From Ginkgo biloba (Eukaryota; Plantae; Ginkgophyta), in the NCBI GenBank assembly GCA_024626585.2, contig JANKJI020000004.1, positions 124,964,837-124,985,946 of the forward strand: a DNA stretch of 21,110 nt, given 5' to 3'. The notes beneath the pieces were generated by a model. It had not been told where the DNA came from and did no database searches. It saw only the letters and a program-made list of their open reading frames with translations. Made by a program: the position numbers and the translations under genes. Shown in pieces: positions 9,671 through 20,290 of the stretch. Numbering within the stretch: the stretch's first letter is position 1; every line of letters begins with the position of its first letter.

Positions 9671-9756
9671 CTAAAGAGCAATTATTGGGGACATATATGT
9701 ATGTGTATGATTTAAAACCAAGTTCAATCCACTAAGAAAATTAATAAATGCTGCAT
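9671..9756 (-). other. Two short upstream ORFs in the putative 5' leader (MQHLLIFLVD*, 9756-9724; MSPIIAL*, 9694-9671)
   Basis: Both were read directly on the minus strand between the TATA box and the main ATG. They only count as uORFs if the TSS is ~25-35 nt below the TATA box. Confidence 0.4.
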
Positions 9757-9788
9757 ATATTGGTATAGAGTAAAGGGAATGCTCCAGC

Positions 9789-9830
9789 ATTTATAACACT
9801 TCAAAGCGCCCCCTCTTACGAGTCACGTAC
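9789..9830 (-). promoter_or_regulatory. Core promoter of the 288-aa gene: TATAAAT box plus a proximal ACGT-core / CTT-N7-ACG element
   Basis: TATAAAT lies on the minus strand at 9795-9789, ~150 bp above the ATG. + strand CTTACGAGTCACGTAC (9815-9830) contains an ACGT bZIP core (TACGTGAC on -) and the NAC-type CTT-N7-ACG spacing. Confidence 0.55.
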
Positions 9831-9970
9831 TTCCCTTCACTCCATTCATCATTTTTTAATTTAAGGCTAATCAACTCCATATTCGTTTTCTTTGTCTCCA
9901 TATATGTACCACTACATAACCTTTGATCTTTTATCTTTGACATTTTATCTCTCATTTATTGTTGTCACTG

Positions 9971-10160
9971 CATTGGATTCATGTATGTTGAGCAACTTGT
10001 GTGAAGGGCATAACAATGGGTGTTTTATCTCACATTGGATTCGTGTGTGTTGAGGGATGTCATGTGTCAAAGGCATAACACTAATGGATGTTTTATCTCA
10101 CATTAGATTCACGTGTGTTGAGGGACCTATATGAAGGCCATAACACTAATGGGTGCTTTG
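9971..10160. repeat. Three diverged tandem copies of a ~60-68 bp unit
   Basis: Units start at 9971, 10033 and 10101, with consensus catt(g/a)gattc...g/atgttgag....ggc(c)ataaca(ct)aatgg(g/a)tg(t/c)tttatctca. Confidence 0.9.
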
Positions 10161-10369
10161 CTTTTGAAATTGTAGGAGGTACATGTTTCTGACTATCTAT
10201 AATTCTGAGAGGTTCATGTCCTCGATAAGTGATCTTTTGTCCAAGAAAGATCAAAAGTATACCAATGATTGACCTAGACAAAATACAAAGAGTTATAAGA
10301 TGTGAAAAGTTAGTAGTACTTCCTACTAAGAAAGATATTTTTTTCACATGGATCCCCTAATAGTTATAT

Positions 10370-10660
10370 CCTTTTAAAGGGAGAATATAATTTATTATCT
10401 TGGATATAGCCTTAGCTATGATTTTCTATGAGACATTGAGTCATGTAATAGATCTCTAACACTTATAGACTCTACATCACCTCCTTGTTTCATGATCAGC
10501 TTGACCACTCCTGCATTATCCTTCCTTCCCATAGACATTGTTTCAATTTCCTCCTAATACATTGATAAAAGGTCAATGTTTAGTATATACCAAAAGATTT
10601 TATAAAATTCCACTAGGAGGCCATCTCCCCTTAGGGAGTTGTCTTCTACCATTATCTATA
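10370..10660 (-). mobile_element. L1-type LINE ORF2 relic (region at the start of the RT domain)
   Basis: MVEDNSLRGDGLLVEFYKIFWYILNIDLLSMY*E...NAGVVKLIMKQGGD / *RSIT*LNVS*KIIAKAISKIINYILP corresponds to KSPGPDG...EFYK.FW...N.G.IKLIPK...WRPITLLNVSYKIIAK. Confidence 0.9.
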
Positions 10661-10670
10661 GGGGATTTTT

Positions 10671-11189
10671 TGTGACCCTAAGTTACAACTTGAATCTAGG
10701 GAGCCCTAACCCAAGTTACATGGAAGATATAGCCTTAATAAGTCTAAAAAATGGCTTAAACAACCTCAAAATAGGCTTAAATAGAGGACGCATATGTTCC
10801 TTATCTTAAGAAGTAGTTTGTTAAGAAAACAAGACTCCTAATCGACCTATATATAGTTATAAGTGTGGTGATAAAGTTTGAAGTATAAATAGATATCATT
10901 CTCTCATTCTTTCTCATCAGATCATAAGATAATATTTCTTCTTCTACTTCAAGAAGCTGGAAACCATTAGGGGACTAAGATGCCCCCTATAAGTGTTCTT
11001 ATGGGTAGAAGGTGTCCCACACCATCATCATAATCTATTGCATCACTATTTTGATTTGATACAATAATTATCACTATTGTTGGAATTTGGATTAATATTA
11101 CTATGGTAGTTAATTTTATTGGATTATATTACTTATATATGTGTGAATTTCTTGGCTATTTTGGTAGTTTCCGAGTTTGAGGCACTACA
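10671..11189 (+). mobile_element. Putative 5' LTR of a Ty3/Gypsy element inserted into the LINE
   Basis: It starts TGTGACCC where LINE homology stops and ends GGCACTACA. It has an internal TATA-like ctatatatag at ~10847 and is followed immediately by a degenerate tRNA-iMet PBS. Confidence 0.65.
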
Positions 11190-11201
11190 AGTGTTATAAG
11201 A
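11190..11201 (+). other. Degenerate primer-binding site (tRNA-iMet type)
   Basis: agTGTTATAAGA versus canonical agTGGTATCAGA (2 mismatches), directly after the LTR-terminal CA. Confidence 0.55.
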
Positions 11202-11225
11202 TAAAAATGATCTTAAAGACAAGTA

Positions 11226-11622
11226 ATGCCCATGACAAGATTACAATCCAACATGGAGGAAGAGAAGAATAATGAATTACATGGAAAGGTGACATTAGTA
11301 GATAACTCCCTAAAAAATATGAGCAAATGGAGTAAGTAGGTAGATATAGCCCTACTAAAAGTCTAGGAAACACTAGTGGGATTAAAAGTAAACCAAAAAT
11401 AAAAAAAGAAACAAGAGGTGACCAAGAAGGGGAGAAGTAGTCACATATGTCTAATGATAATGGAGGATCAAGATGAACATTCCATCACATTAGTTATAAC
11501 TTGTAGGTTAATTTACCAAAATATTCATTCAATGGAATAATGGAACCACATGAATGGATGGATAAAATAAGTATGGAACTCAACCCATCTAAAATAGATG
11601 AAGACTACACTAAAATTTGAAC
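11226..11622 (+). mobile_element. gag N-terminal relic of the same LTR element
   Basis: VNLPKYSFNGIMEPHEWMDKISMELNPSKIDEDYTKI resembles the Ty3 gag motif LP.F.G..DP..W..K.E......ED..KI, and it lies downstream of the PBS. Confidence 0.55.
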
Positions 11623-12272
11623 ANNNNNNNNNNNNNNNNNNNNNNNNNNNNNNNNNNNNNNNNNNNNNNNNNNNNNNNNNNNNNNNNNNNNNNNNNNNNN
11701 NNNNNNNNNNNNNNNNNNNNNNNTACAACTCCTTCATTATGAAAATTCTTATGCTCACCACATCCTTTTCCAAGGAATTTGGCAATTTGTCCATGCTTGA
11801 AATCAAAGAAAACTTTAAGGAGTGAATCATTTTATATAAATATATCCATTTGGAAAATTATTATAATGTATAAAATATATAATATACATGTCAAAGGAAA
11901 AACTTAGTAGTAAGAATATGGATTTTCCCTTTAAAAGTCTAAAATTTCGTGAATATCATAGGAATTCCCATTATAATCCAAAATTAATGGAAAATTTTTT
12001 GGTGGAAATTTTCTTCTTAGTGAATTTATGTTTTTGAAAATTTGTCAAATATAGCAATGGGGTTGTAAATAGCCCATAAAGTTTTTCCTAATTTATATTT
12101 GTGCTCCTCTTACTTTATTTCTTACCTTAAATCTGAGAATGTCCTACACCAACATTTCATTCAATTTGCCTTTTTTTTCCATTAAAACTCATGAAAATAG
12201 ATAATTAATTAGACTTATAATTCCAAAATTAAGTTCCATTATCAACCATATAAAAATACACAAATATCTAAC

Positions 12273-12311
12273 AAAGTGCATGATTTCCTAAAGAAGGAAA
12301 TCATGCACTTT
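12273..12311. repeat. Perfect 17-bp inverted repeat with a 5-nt loop
   Basis: AAAGTGCATGATTTCCT-aaaga-AGGAAATCATGCACTTT, with an imperfect outward extension (atctaacaa / ttgtaagat). Confidence 0.95.
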
Positions 12312-12661
12312 CTTGTAAGATTGTTTATCTCTCTTGAAATTAAAATAATTTTCATATGTTTAGAATCAATGGGTATTAAACATAACATGTTTTTAATATA
12401 TTACTAATCATCATATTTTCCTCATAAAATGGTACTTTCTCCTTACCATCTAGAATTGTTTTGCATAAGATTTCTAATGATGCTTTAGGAGAGAGTGTCT
12501 ACAAGGTGTTCCCTAATGCTCTCACTTTCAACACCTAATATTTTATTCAAATTAATATCTTTTATTCAAGGCATTTTTGTGCCCCCTACAAATCCTTCAG
12601 AAAGAGATCTTTCATATACTCTTTATCAACAATATTTCTAATTTTAAATTGACATTTAAAT

Positions 12662-12875
12662 GTGATTTTATTATCAAGTGTTATATATTAAAAAACACCA
12701 AGGTGGTTTTCTTGAACCACAAGTCATAATCTCAAAGGCTTTAGAAGTACTATTAATACTTCCCAAATAATATTGTCACATTACTTGCCTTGTCAATAAT
12801 AAAAGGTTTTTTTTGTCATACAAAGATTCTTATCACATTTAATATTGCTTATATTTCTTGCTCATACAACATAGC
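12662..12875 (-). mobile_element. Degenerate RNase H (RT-associated) C-terminal half, possibly caulimovirid
   Basis: A single frame reads AMLYEQEI*AILNVIRIFV*QKKPFIIDKASNVTILFGKY**YF*SL*DYDLWFKKTTLVFFNI*HLIIKS. This resembles the E.LA..N.I..F....F.I....RW..W....F..EHI pattern. Confidence 0.4.
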
Positions 12876-13019
12876 ATNNNNNNNNNNNNNNNNNNNNNNN
12901 NNNNNNNNNNNNNNNNNNNNNNNNNNNNNNNNNNNNNNNNNNNNNNNNNNNNNNNNNNNNNNNNNNNNNNNNNNNNNCCTACCAATCTAATCTTAGCCTA
13001 TATTACTAGGATAATTCCC

Positions 13020-14000
13020 TTCATTCAACTCTGTAATATTTTTTAATAATGGAATTAGTAATTAGGAATTAATATATACCATCATAGAGAATGGAAATAG
13101 TAAGAATAGTCCAATTTGAAAGAGGAGTACAAGCTCCTAGCCTAGGATACAATTATGTTAGAAAGGGTATATTCCTTGATTATAAAACACCTTGTTTTTA
13201 GGATATTAACCATCCCCCCACATAATGGTGGAAGGATTGGGATTATAATGAGAAGAAGTGGCTTCTCAATATATCATCATCCTATTTGTATAAATATCTC
13301 ACCCCTAGAAATCCTTGAGTGCTCAAATCAATACTAAATGGGACTTGCAAATCTCTAACTACTGCTAGACCAGAATATTTGAAAGGATTTAGAGGGACCT
13401 TATGGATCCCAAAATAGCATGGTTAGATTAGTCCATCATCCATCATAGTTTGTTAGACTATCCAAAATTGNNNNNNNNNNNNNNNNNNNNNNNNNNNNNN
13501 NNNNNNNNNNNNNNNNNNNNNNNNNNNNNNNNNNNNNNNNNAAATACCTACAATACTTTTCTCATCATGTATCTATTTATCCATTTAGTTGGGATTCTAC
13601 TTTATTAGGAGATTTGGGCCCATGGTCATCCAATTTTTATAATAGATGGAATATTCTTAGGGTGGAGGCTATGGCATGTATATAAAAATCTAAGAATGAG
13701 TTAGTTTCCAATAATGTTGAAATACCTCCTTATAATTTGGTAGTTAACCATTATGTATCTTTCATCCTTACCAATTATGAACTATAGATTAAACTACAAG
13801 TTGATAAAGAGAAGTTGGATATAGCATATCTAATGGAGATGATTGATCATTGGGTATAGTTCCCTTTAACCATAAGTAGAGATCCACTTGAAGATGATAG
13901 GGGAATAAGAAATTCTAGGAGTAGAGACAAGCCTCCATGGAGAGGCAGAGGAGGAATGGGTCAAGCTACTCGTAGATCCTCCCCCCCCTAAAAAGGATGA
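13020..14000 (+). mobile_element. L1-type LINE ORF2 C-terminal relic (zf-RVT region and tail)
   Basis: KWDLQISNYC*TRIFERI*RDLMDPKIAWLD*SIIHHSL matches the W..IW.....PKI..L.W..IH..L pattern, and FSWDSTLLGDLG...RWNILRVEAMACI*KSKNELVSNN matches W.IWK.RN..VF. Confidence 0.8.
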
Positions 14001-15094
14001 GTACTAGAAAAATGATCCCACTTTAAAACTAGCCATTTCCCCCAGAAAGGAGGGCACCTCCCTAGCATCTAGGTAGATAATTCCTCCCTATAAGGGAGAT
14101 TTTTATAAAATAAAAGGCCTGGATATTCAAGTTTCTTATAGTACATTAAGATTATAATGATATAATTTCTAATAAGGCTAAATAAAATGTTCTAAAACCA
14201 TGTATGAATTTTCACAATAAAAATTCTTATTTGTATGTATTATAGGGGCCTCTAAGAATAATAATTCATAAAATATTTTATTCATGTGTGTAAACCTATT
14301 TTNNNNNNNNNNNNNNNNNNNNNNNNNNNNNNNNNNNNNNNNNNNNNNNNNNNNNNNNNNNNNNNNNNNNNNNNNNNNNNNNNNNNNNNNNNNNNNNNNN
14401 NNNNNNNNNNNNNNNACATTTTTTATCACTTATTAAGAAATATAATATTTAAAGGTTCCTTTGGGTTCATAATTTCCTCAAGTATTTTTAAGGTGTTTTA
14501 TTTTGGTTTTGTTCCACGTATCATACTCTTGAATAATAATATTTCAATCATCTCTATAATCACAAATAAACTTTCACTCAAAAAATATCCACCCAATGTG
14601 ATATTGAATGCATTATTGAATTCTCAATTCTAAATTATATAGAATTCTTAATGTTTATTATTTTGATTACCAAACTTTTTAATTTCTACATGAGATCATA
14701 TATTACAGTATCATAGGTTGAATTTGTTTCACCTTCAATAATATATATGCTAATGATAAAGGTTTTCGTGTATANNNNNNNNNNNNNNNNNNNNNNNNNN
14801 NNNNNNNNNNNNNNNNNNNNNNNNNNNNNNNNNNNNNNNNNNNNNNNNNNNNNNNNNNNNNNCTATGTGAAATTCAAATAAAATATTAACATTTACATTA
14901 CATCATATACTACACTATTATAGTTGCCAATTTTTCAAACTTCATGCACATATATGCCAATAAATAATGAATACATTTTTAATATGTTTTTATGATAAAG
15001 AAATTAGTAATTTGGATTGATTACTTTCATAAATTAAAAAATTGATTAAGCTCACAATTTTCTTTATTATTTGTAATTAAGTAATATTAAATGA

Positions 15095-15547
15095 AAAAGG
15101 TAGGGACTTTCCACCTTATGGCTCTTGTCTATTTATTATCCCTTTCTATAGGAAGTTACATTATATTAATGATATATTTCAATGGTATATCACTAATAAT
15201 TGACTTATCCCTAACCTATTTCTTAAGTGTTTTTTGTGGTAAAATAGAAAGGGACTCACCACGCTGTGGATCTTGCTAATTTTTCTCTTTTTTTATCTCC
15301 ACCAATACTTATGGAGGAGAGCCATTATAATAAAATTTCATCTTGTACTATATATATATATAGTCACTTTAATAATTATACTATACCTTATTATTAGGAG
15401 GAACATCATATTCATATATTTAAAGTGATTTATTTCATTGTCATACCACTAATATCTGACCTATCTCTGATCTCATTCTCAATATTTCATTTGATATTTG
15501 TGTTAAAAGAGTCTGTAAGGGACATACCATCACAGGGATATTTCTTA
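15095..15547 (-). repeat. Three dispersed degenerate copies of a coding-like unit
   Basis: + strand agggactttccaccttatggctcttg (15102), agggactcaccacgctgtggatcttg (15250) and agggacataccatcacagggatattt (15518). A second block is shared between 15184-15212 and 15440-15468. Confidence 0.55.
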
Positions 15548-16519
15548 AAATTTNNNNNNNNNNNNNNNNNNNNNNNNNNNNNNNNNNNNNNNNNNNNNNN
15601 NNNNNNNNNNNNNNNNNNNNNNNNNNNNNNNNNNNNNNNNNNNNNNNNNNNNNNNNNNNNNNNNNNNNNNNNNNNNNNNNNNNNNTTTTTTTTTCTTTTG
15701 GTTTACTTTTATATGTTATATTCAACCTTTCCTAAGACACACAATTTTTAGCCACTAATAATAAGTGTTCAAGGTGATAAGACTCTATTTGAGTGAGGCC
15801 AAGTTGAGAAGTAACAAAATGCACTAGAGTAAACATTGTACCTTTAAATATATTTTAATCTGCAGAAACTATAACACCACTTATGTGTCTATAAAAAATG
15901 CATGAATGGTTATATAATCCTAACTATTTAAACCAACATCCACATGCATGCATTCAAATTCTATATGAATAAATATAATACAAACTCTATAATAGTTTTG
16001 AAAAAATACATCATGGTGATAAAATCTATTAAAATTAAACTAAGAAGCTACATACAAAAAGGAGGAGTAAACTAACATATCAAATCACTTACAAAGGTGC
16101 CATATTGTTATCCATTAATTGAAATGGCTTCCAAACAACCTTCCAACAAAATTTTATATGTACATATTGTAATCCATTATCTTTCCTTCCCCCTTCACTA
16201 ATGGTCAAAGAAAATAATCCTAGGCTAGGTAACCATGTAGAATTAATTCCAAACGGAGGGTAGAGGATAAATTGGCATCCCTCCTACATCATTTCTTGAG
16301 TGTCCTAGTATCAAATAATTATCTCCATCACTTTTCTAAAAGTAATGCATTTTATTATTTTATTCCCCATCTTATAAGTAATGATTTCAAAAAAGACAAT
16401 TATAGTTTTTAATTATTTATAAGGAGTGTGATTTATTTCATTTATGTTTTATTAAAGATTACAAAAATATTTTTTAGTATCCTATCATGCAAATAATAGG
16501 ATCATATCCTATATGTTAG

Positions 16520-16980
16520 GTTAGTTACGTATAATTTTATTTATAAAATATTATTCATATTAACTTCTAGGGGAATTTGATCTTTATTAAGATGTAAATA
16601 TATTAATAACTTATCTTCATAATTTACAACATGCATGGATCCTTAATTCCTAAAAATGCTCTCATGAAGAACCCACTAATAACTATAATTGAAGTCCCAT
16701 GTGATAATGGATATATATTGGAGTATTTTTGGCTCATTTTCATATGATGATTAAAATTTTATTTTAGTGAATAAACTTCATAATCTTTTTAAGTCAAGGG
16801 AAAAACTTTGACACATTGGCATGTTCTTATATATATTCTAAAATTCTATCTAGGCATTTATTCCATTATATTGTTCCATATTAGAATACTTATTCATAGA
16901 ATTTATTTGTAAGAACTTAAGAATTTCTTATAACAAACATTTTAAAAATAAAACTCCATTATTGCATTCGAGGGGTAAAT
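16520..16980 (+). mobile_element. Mutator/MULE transposase relic (internally deleted)
   Basis: LMKNPLITIIEVPCDNGYILEYFWLIF...VKGKTL and LGIYSII...HRIYL*ELKNFL*QTF resemble MULE NPG...F...FW.F...VDGTHL and DRH.GI...HR.C..HL..NF...F. Confidence 0.4.
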
Positions 16981-17149
16981 GTAGTAATTGATATAGAAAA
17001 TAGAAAATTATTATAAAATGTGCCAATATGTAAAATATATATGCTATAGAGAGACAAATATATAGGACCACATAAAATAAACAATACATTAGCATCTCAA
17101 AGAGCCACATGCATTTTTTAACACTTTTTAAAGTGGGGCCTATTAAATA

Positions 17150-17341
17150 ATGTGTTGCAATGTTGATCCATTTTTTGATCCAAAACATAGTTTCTAAAAT
17201 TTTTAGGATAGTCAAATTTTGGTCAAAGATGATGATGATGATACAATTAATCATAACACCAGAGGAGTGGAAAGAGTTTGTGTAGAAGTTAATATAAATG
17301 ATCCTTTGAAAGAGGTAATTCATATATAGGTAGGAATCAAA
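17150..17341 (+). mobile_element. L1-type LINE ORF1 relic (DUF4283-associated region)
   Basis: ILVKDDDDDTINHNTRGVERVCVEVNINDPLKEVIHI*VG corresponds to ..VD..T.....ARVCVEVDL..PL...I.I.VG. Confidence 0.8.
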
Positions 17342-18368
17342 NNNNNNNNNNNNNNNNNNNNNNNNNNNNCTCTACAAGCATCTTACCTAATTGGCTTGAT
17401 CATATTATTACTCTTTGATAATATTACCTAATCCATTTATTTGTCTTATTTAGCCAACCAAAGTGTAAAAAATAAAAAATAAAATGGGAAAAAAACACAA
17501 AATATGAATCGAGTGTCTGGACCACCACCAAATCATGGAAATTATCAATTAGATTCAGTTACCTAACCATTCAATTCCTTTTTAGTAGTTTTTTAATCAA
17601 ATGTATGAAGGAAGGCCATGAGTCAAAGATATAAAAATAGAGAATAGAAAATTGGGGAAGACAAAAGGATAGGATAGAAGGGATAGAGAGGAAAAATAGA
17701 AACTTAGAGAAGGAAGTTGATATAGTTCTATGTTTAGCAAGGGAAAATAGAGGTTTTTTTTAGGATAGAGAATTTAGNNNNNNNNNNNNNNNNNNNNNNN
17801 NNNNNNNNNNNNNNNNNNNNNNNNNNNNNNNNNNNNNNNNNNNNNNNNNNNNNNNNNNNNNNNNNNNNNNNNNNNNNNNNNNNNNNNNNNNNNNNNNNNN
17901 NNNNNNNNNNNNNNNNNNNNNNNNNNNNNNNNNNNNNNNNNNNNNNNNNNNNNNNNNNNNNNNNNNNNNNNNNNNNNNNNNNNNNNNNNNNNNNNNNNNN
18001 NNNNNNNNNNNNNNNNNNNNNNNNNNNNNNNNNNNNNNNNNNNNNNNNNNNNNNNNNNNNNNNNNNNNNNNNNNNNNNNNNNNNNNNNNNNNNNNNNNNN
18101 NNNNNNNNNNNNNNNNNNNNNNNNNNNNNNNNNNNNNNNNNNNNNNNNNNNNNNNNNNNNNNNNNNNNNNNNNNNNNNNNNNNNNNNNNNNNNNNNNNNN
18201 NNNNNNNNNNNNNNNNNNNNNNNNNNNNNNNNNNNNNNNNNNNNNNNNNNNNNNNNNNNNNNNNNNNNNNNNNNNNNNNNNNNNNNNNNNNNNNNNNNNN
18301 NNNNNNNNNNNNNNNNNNNNNNNNNNNNNNNNNNNNNNNNNNNNNNNNNNNNNNNNNNNNNNNNNNNT

Positions 18369-20063
18369 TGAATGCTATATTTAATGAATTAAAGAATATT
18401 TATCAAAAGATATATGACTCTGTTCGAGAATATGATGGATAATTGAGTATTTGATAGTAATATTATCGCACTCTATTCCTAAGAATAAGAAAGTGGATTG
18501 GTTCACTACTAGTTTAACTATTAGCATTTGACATAAGTAAATCAAAGAGATAAAAAAAAATATTGAAATGCTCATAAAAAGTAATATAAATTAATGATGA
18601 GATAGATTAAAATAGATTTAATTTCTTTGATAAGATTAATGAATTGATTGAAAATATAAGAAAAATCCTAAAGTTAATTAAGAAAGAAAGAAGATCGCCT
18701 AAGGCTAGAGAAGACATATATTGACTATATTATGATGAATATAATCTTAGAAATTAATTTATGTTACAAGCGAGAAGAGTCTATAATAAGAGATCACTTC
18801 ATGTGATAAGAATGAAAGAAAAAAGGATTTAGGAAGAAGATAACCAATTATTATTGTTTTACTCATAAATCATAACATTACAACTAGAATGAATGTTGGA
18901 GTAATAAGAATAATATAAGAAGATTCAAGAGAAAAACTAATGAGAAAAAATAATGATTAATTTGGAAGCTCCCATGCTATTTCAAGGAATATTCAAGAGG
19001 AGGGAATCTCTTCTAAAGCATATAAAAATAAAGGTGAACAAAAAATAGGCAATGTATTTAGAATGAAATGTTATAAGTGTAATGGATAGGTCCATATATC
19101 TAGTAATTATCAATGATCAATATTAGTAAATGTTAAATTTTATCTCTATAGAGTTGGTGACCATAAGACCAAAGACTACACAATGTTGCTAGAAAAGGTA
19201 AAATTGGTAAATTTGATGATAACTGAACCAACTTTAAATATGAAACAAGACACGGAGGACAATTTGATGATGATGTTACAACTTCAAGGCTTTAATAATG
19301 ATAAAGTAAAAGAAACTAGAACTTTGAATAAGAAGCACACTATAAAAGAAAAGGAAACGGTTGTTGAATGTTTCATTATCACTAGAAAGACTGATGCATC
19401 TAGTACTTCTAATGACTGATTGATTAATTTTATAAGAGAGAGTATTTTTCATATCAAGATGTAGATTAAGAATACTATCACAATATCCATATTTAACTCA
19501 AGAAGCAAAATTAACTTAATTTTAGAGGCATTGGTTTGATAGTTGGGATTGATGATGATAGAACATCCCAATCCATATCCCTTAGGGTGGTTATATAAAT
19601 ATTTCAAGATTTATTTCACTTGCTAGTGTAATTTTAGGTTCTACATATTGAGTAACTTCATTGATAAGGTGGAATGCGATGGGAAACCCCTCTATGTGTA
19701 TGAGATAGTGATTGGAAGTCCATACTTGTTGGAGCAAGACACCATCTTCTTGAGAAGGGACAAAAAATGGAGGTTGGTTAAANNNNNNNNNNNNNNNNNN
19801 NNNNNNNNGATCTCACTAATTTTAGCAAATCAAGCCAAGCGATTGATTAATAGAAGCTATAATCTTATGATGTTGGTAGTGAGACCAAAGGGGGATAAAA
19901 TTGTGCAAGGGGCCAATTACCTTTTAAAGTTAGATTTCAAATAAAGTTACCACCAAGTTCAAATAAGGGAAGAAGACACTTAAAAGATAGTTTTAAAAAC
20001 CAAGTAAGGGTTATTTGAGTGGTTGGTAATATGATTCAAGCTTACCAGTGTGCCTGTAACTCT
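18369..20063 (+). mobile_element. Ty3/Gypsy chromovirus (CRM-like) gag-protease-RT relic with internal deletions
   Basis: gag: LNAIFNELKNIYQKIYDSVREY. Zinc knuckle: CYKCNG*VHISSNY (~19069-19110). Protease: RESIFHIKM*IKN...FNSRSKINLI...LGLMMIEHPNPYPLGWL and DKVECD...IGSPYL. RT: GANYLLKLDFK*SYHQVQIREEDT*KIVLKTK*GLFEWLVI*FKLTSVP. The gag part may belong to a separate element. Confidence 0.9.
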
Positions 20064-20130
20064 CAATTAAGACTCTCCAAAATAAGGAGGTTCATCTCTG
20101 ATAGACTATGATTAAAATATTTCATCCATA

Positions 20131-20290
20131 AATAACCATATGTGAAGGAGAAAAATGGAATAAATATCTGAAGGCCTGTGGTTGAAGGACTTCTTCTCTA
20201 AATAACCATGTGTGAAGGAGTTTTTCTTTGAATAACCATGAGTGAAAGAGATCTTCTATAAAGAACCATGGGTAAAGGAGTTCAATTTTG
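20131..20290 (+). repeat. 30-bp tandem minisatellite (about 5 copies)
   Basis: aataaccatgtgtgaaggagtttttctttg-like units start at 20131 (40 bp), 20171, 20201, 20231 and 20261. Confidence 0.85.

Noticed and set aside
663-15751. ORF-track entries containing long X runs
   Set aside because: Their length comes from N gaps. Many gaps are ~100 N and probably placeholders, so distances and frames across them are unreliable.
16928-17323. 131-aa hydrophobic minus-strand ORF
   Set aside because: It is an AT-bias artefact, antisense to LINE ORF1 and MULE relics, and spans different elements.
20131-20290. CRISPR-like appearance of the 30-bp repeats (also 9971-10160)
   Set aside because: The units are contiguous and degenerate with no unique spacers, there are no cas genes, and the context is a eukaryotic TE landscape.
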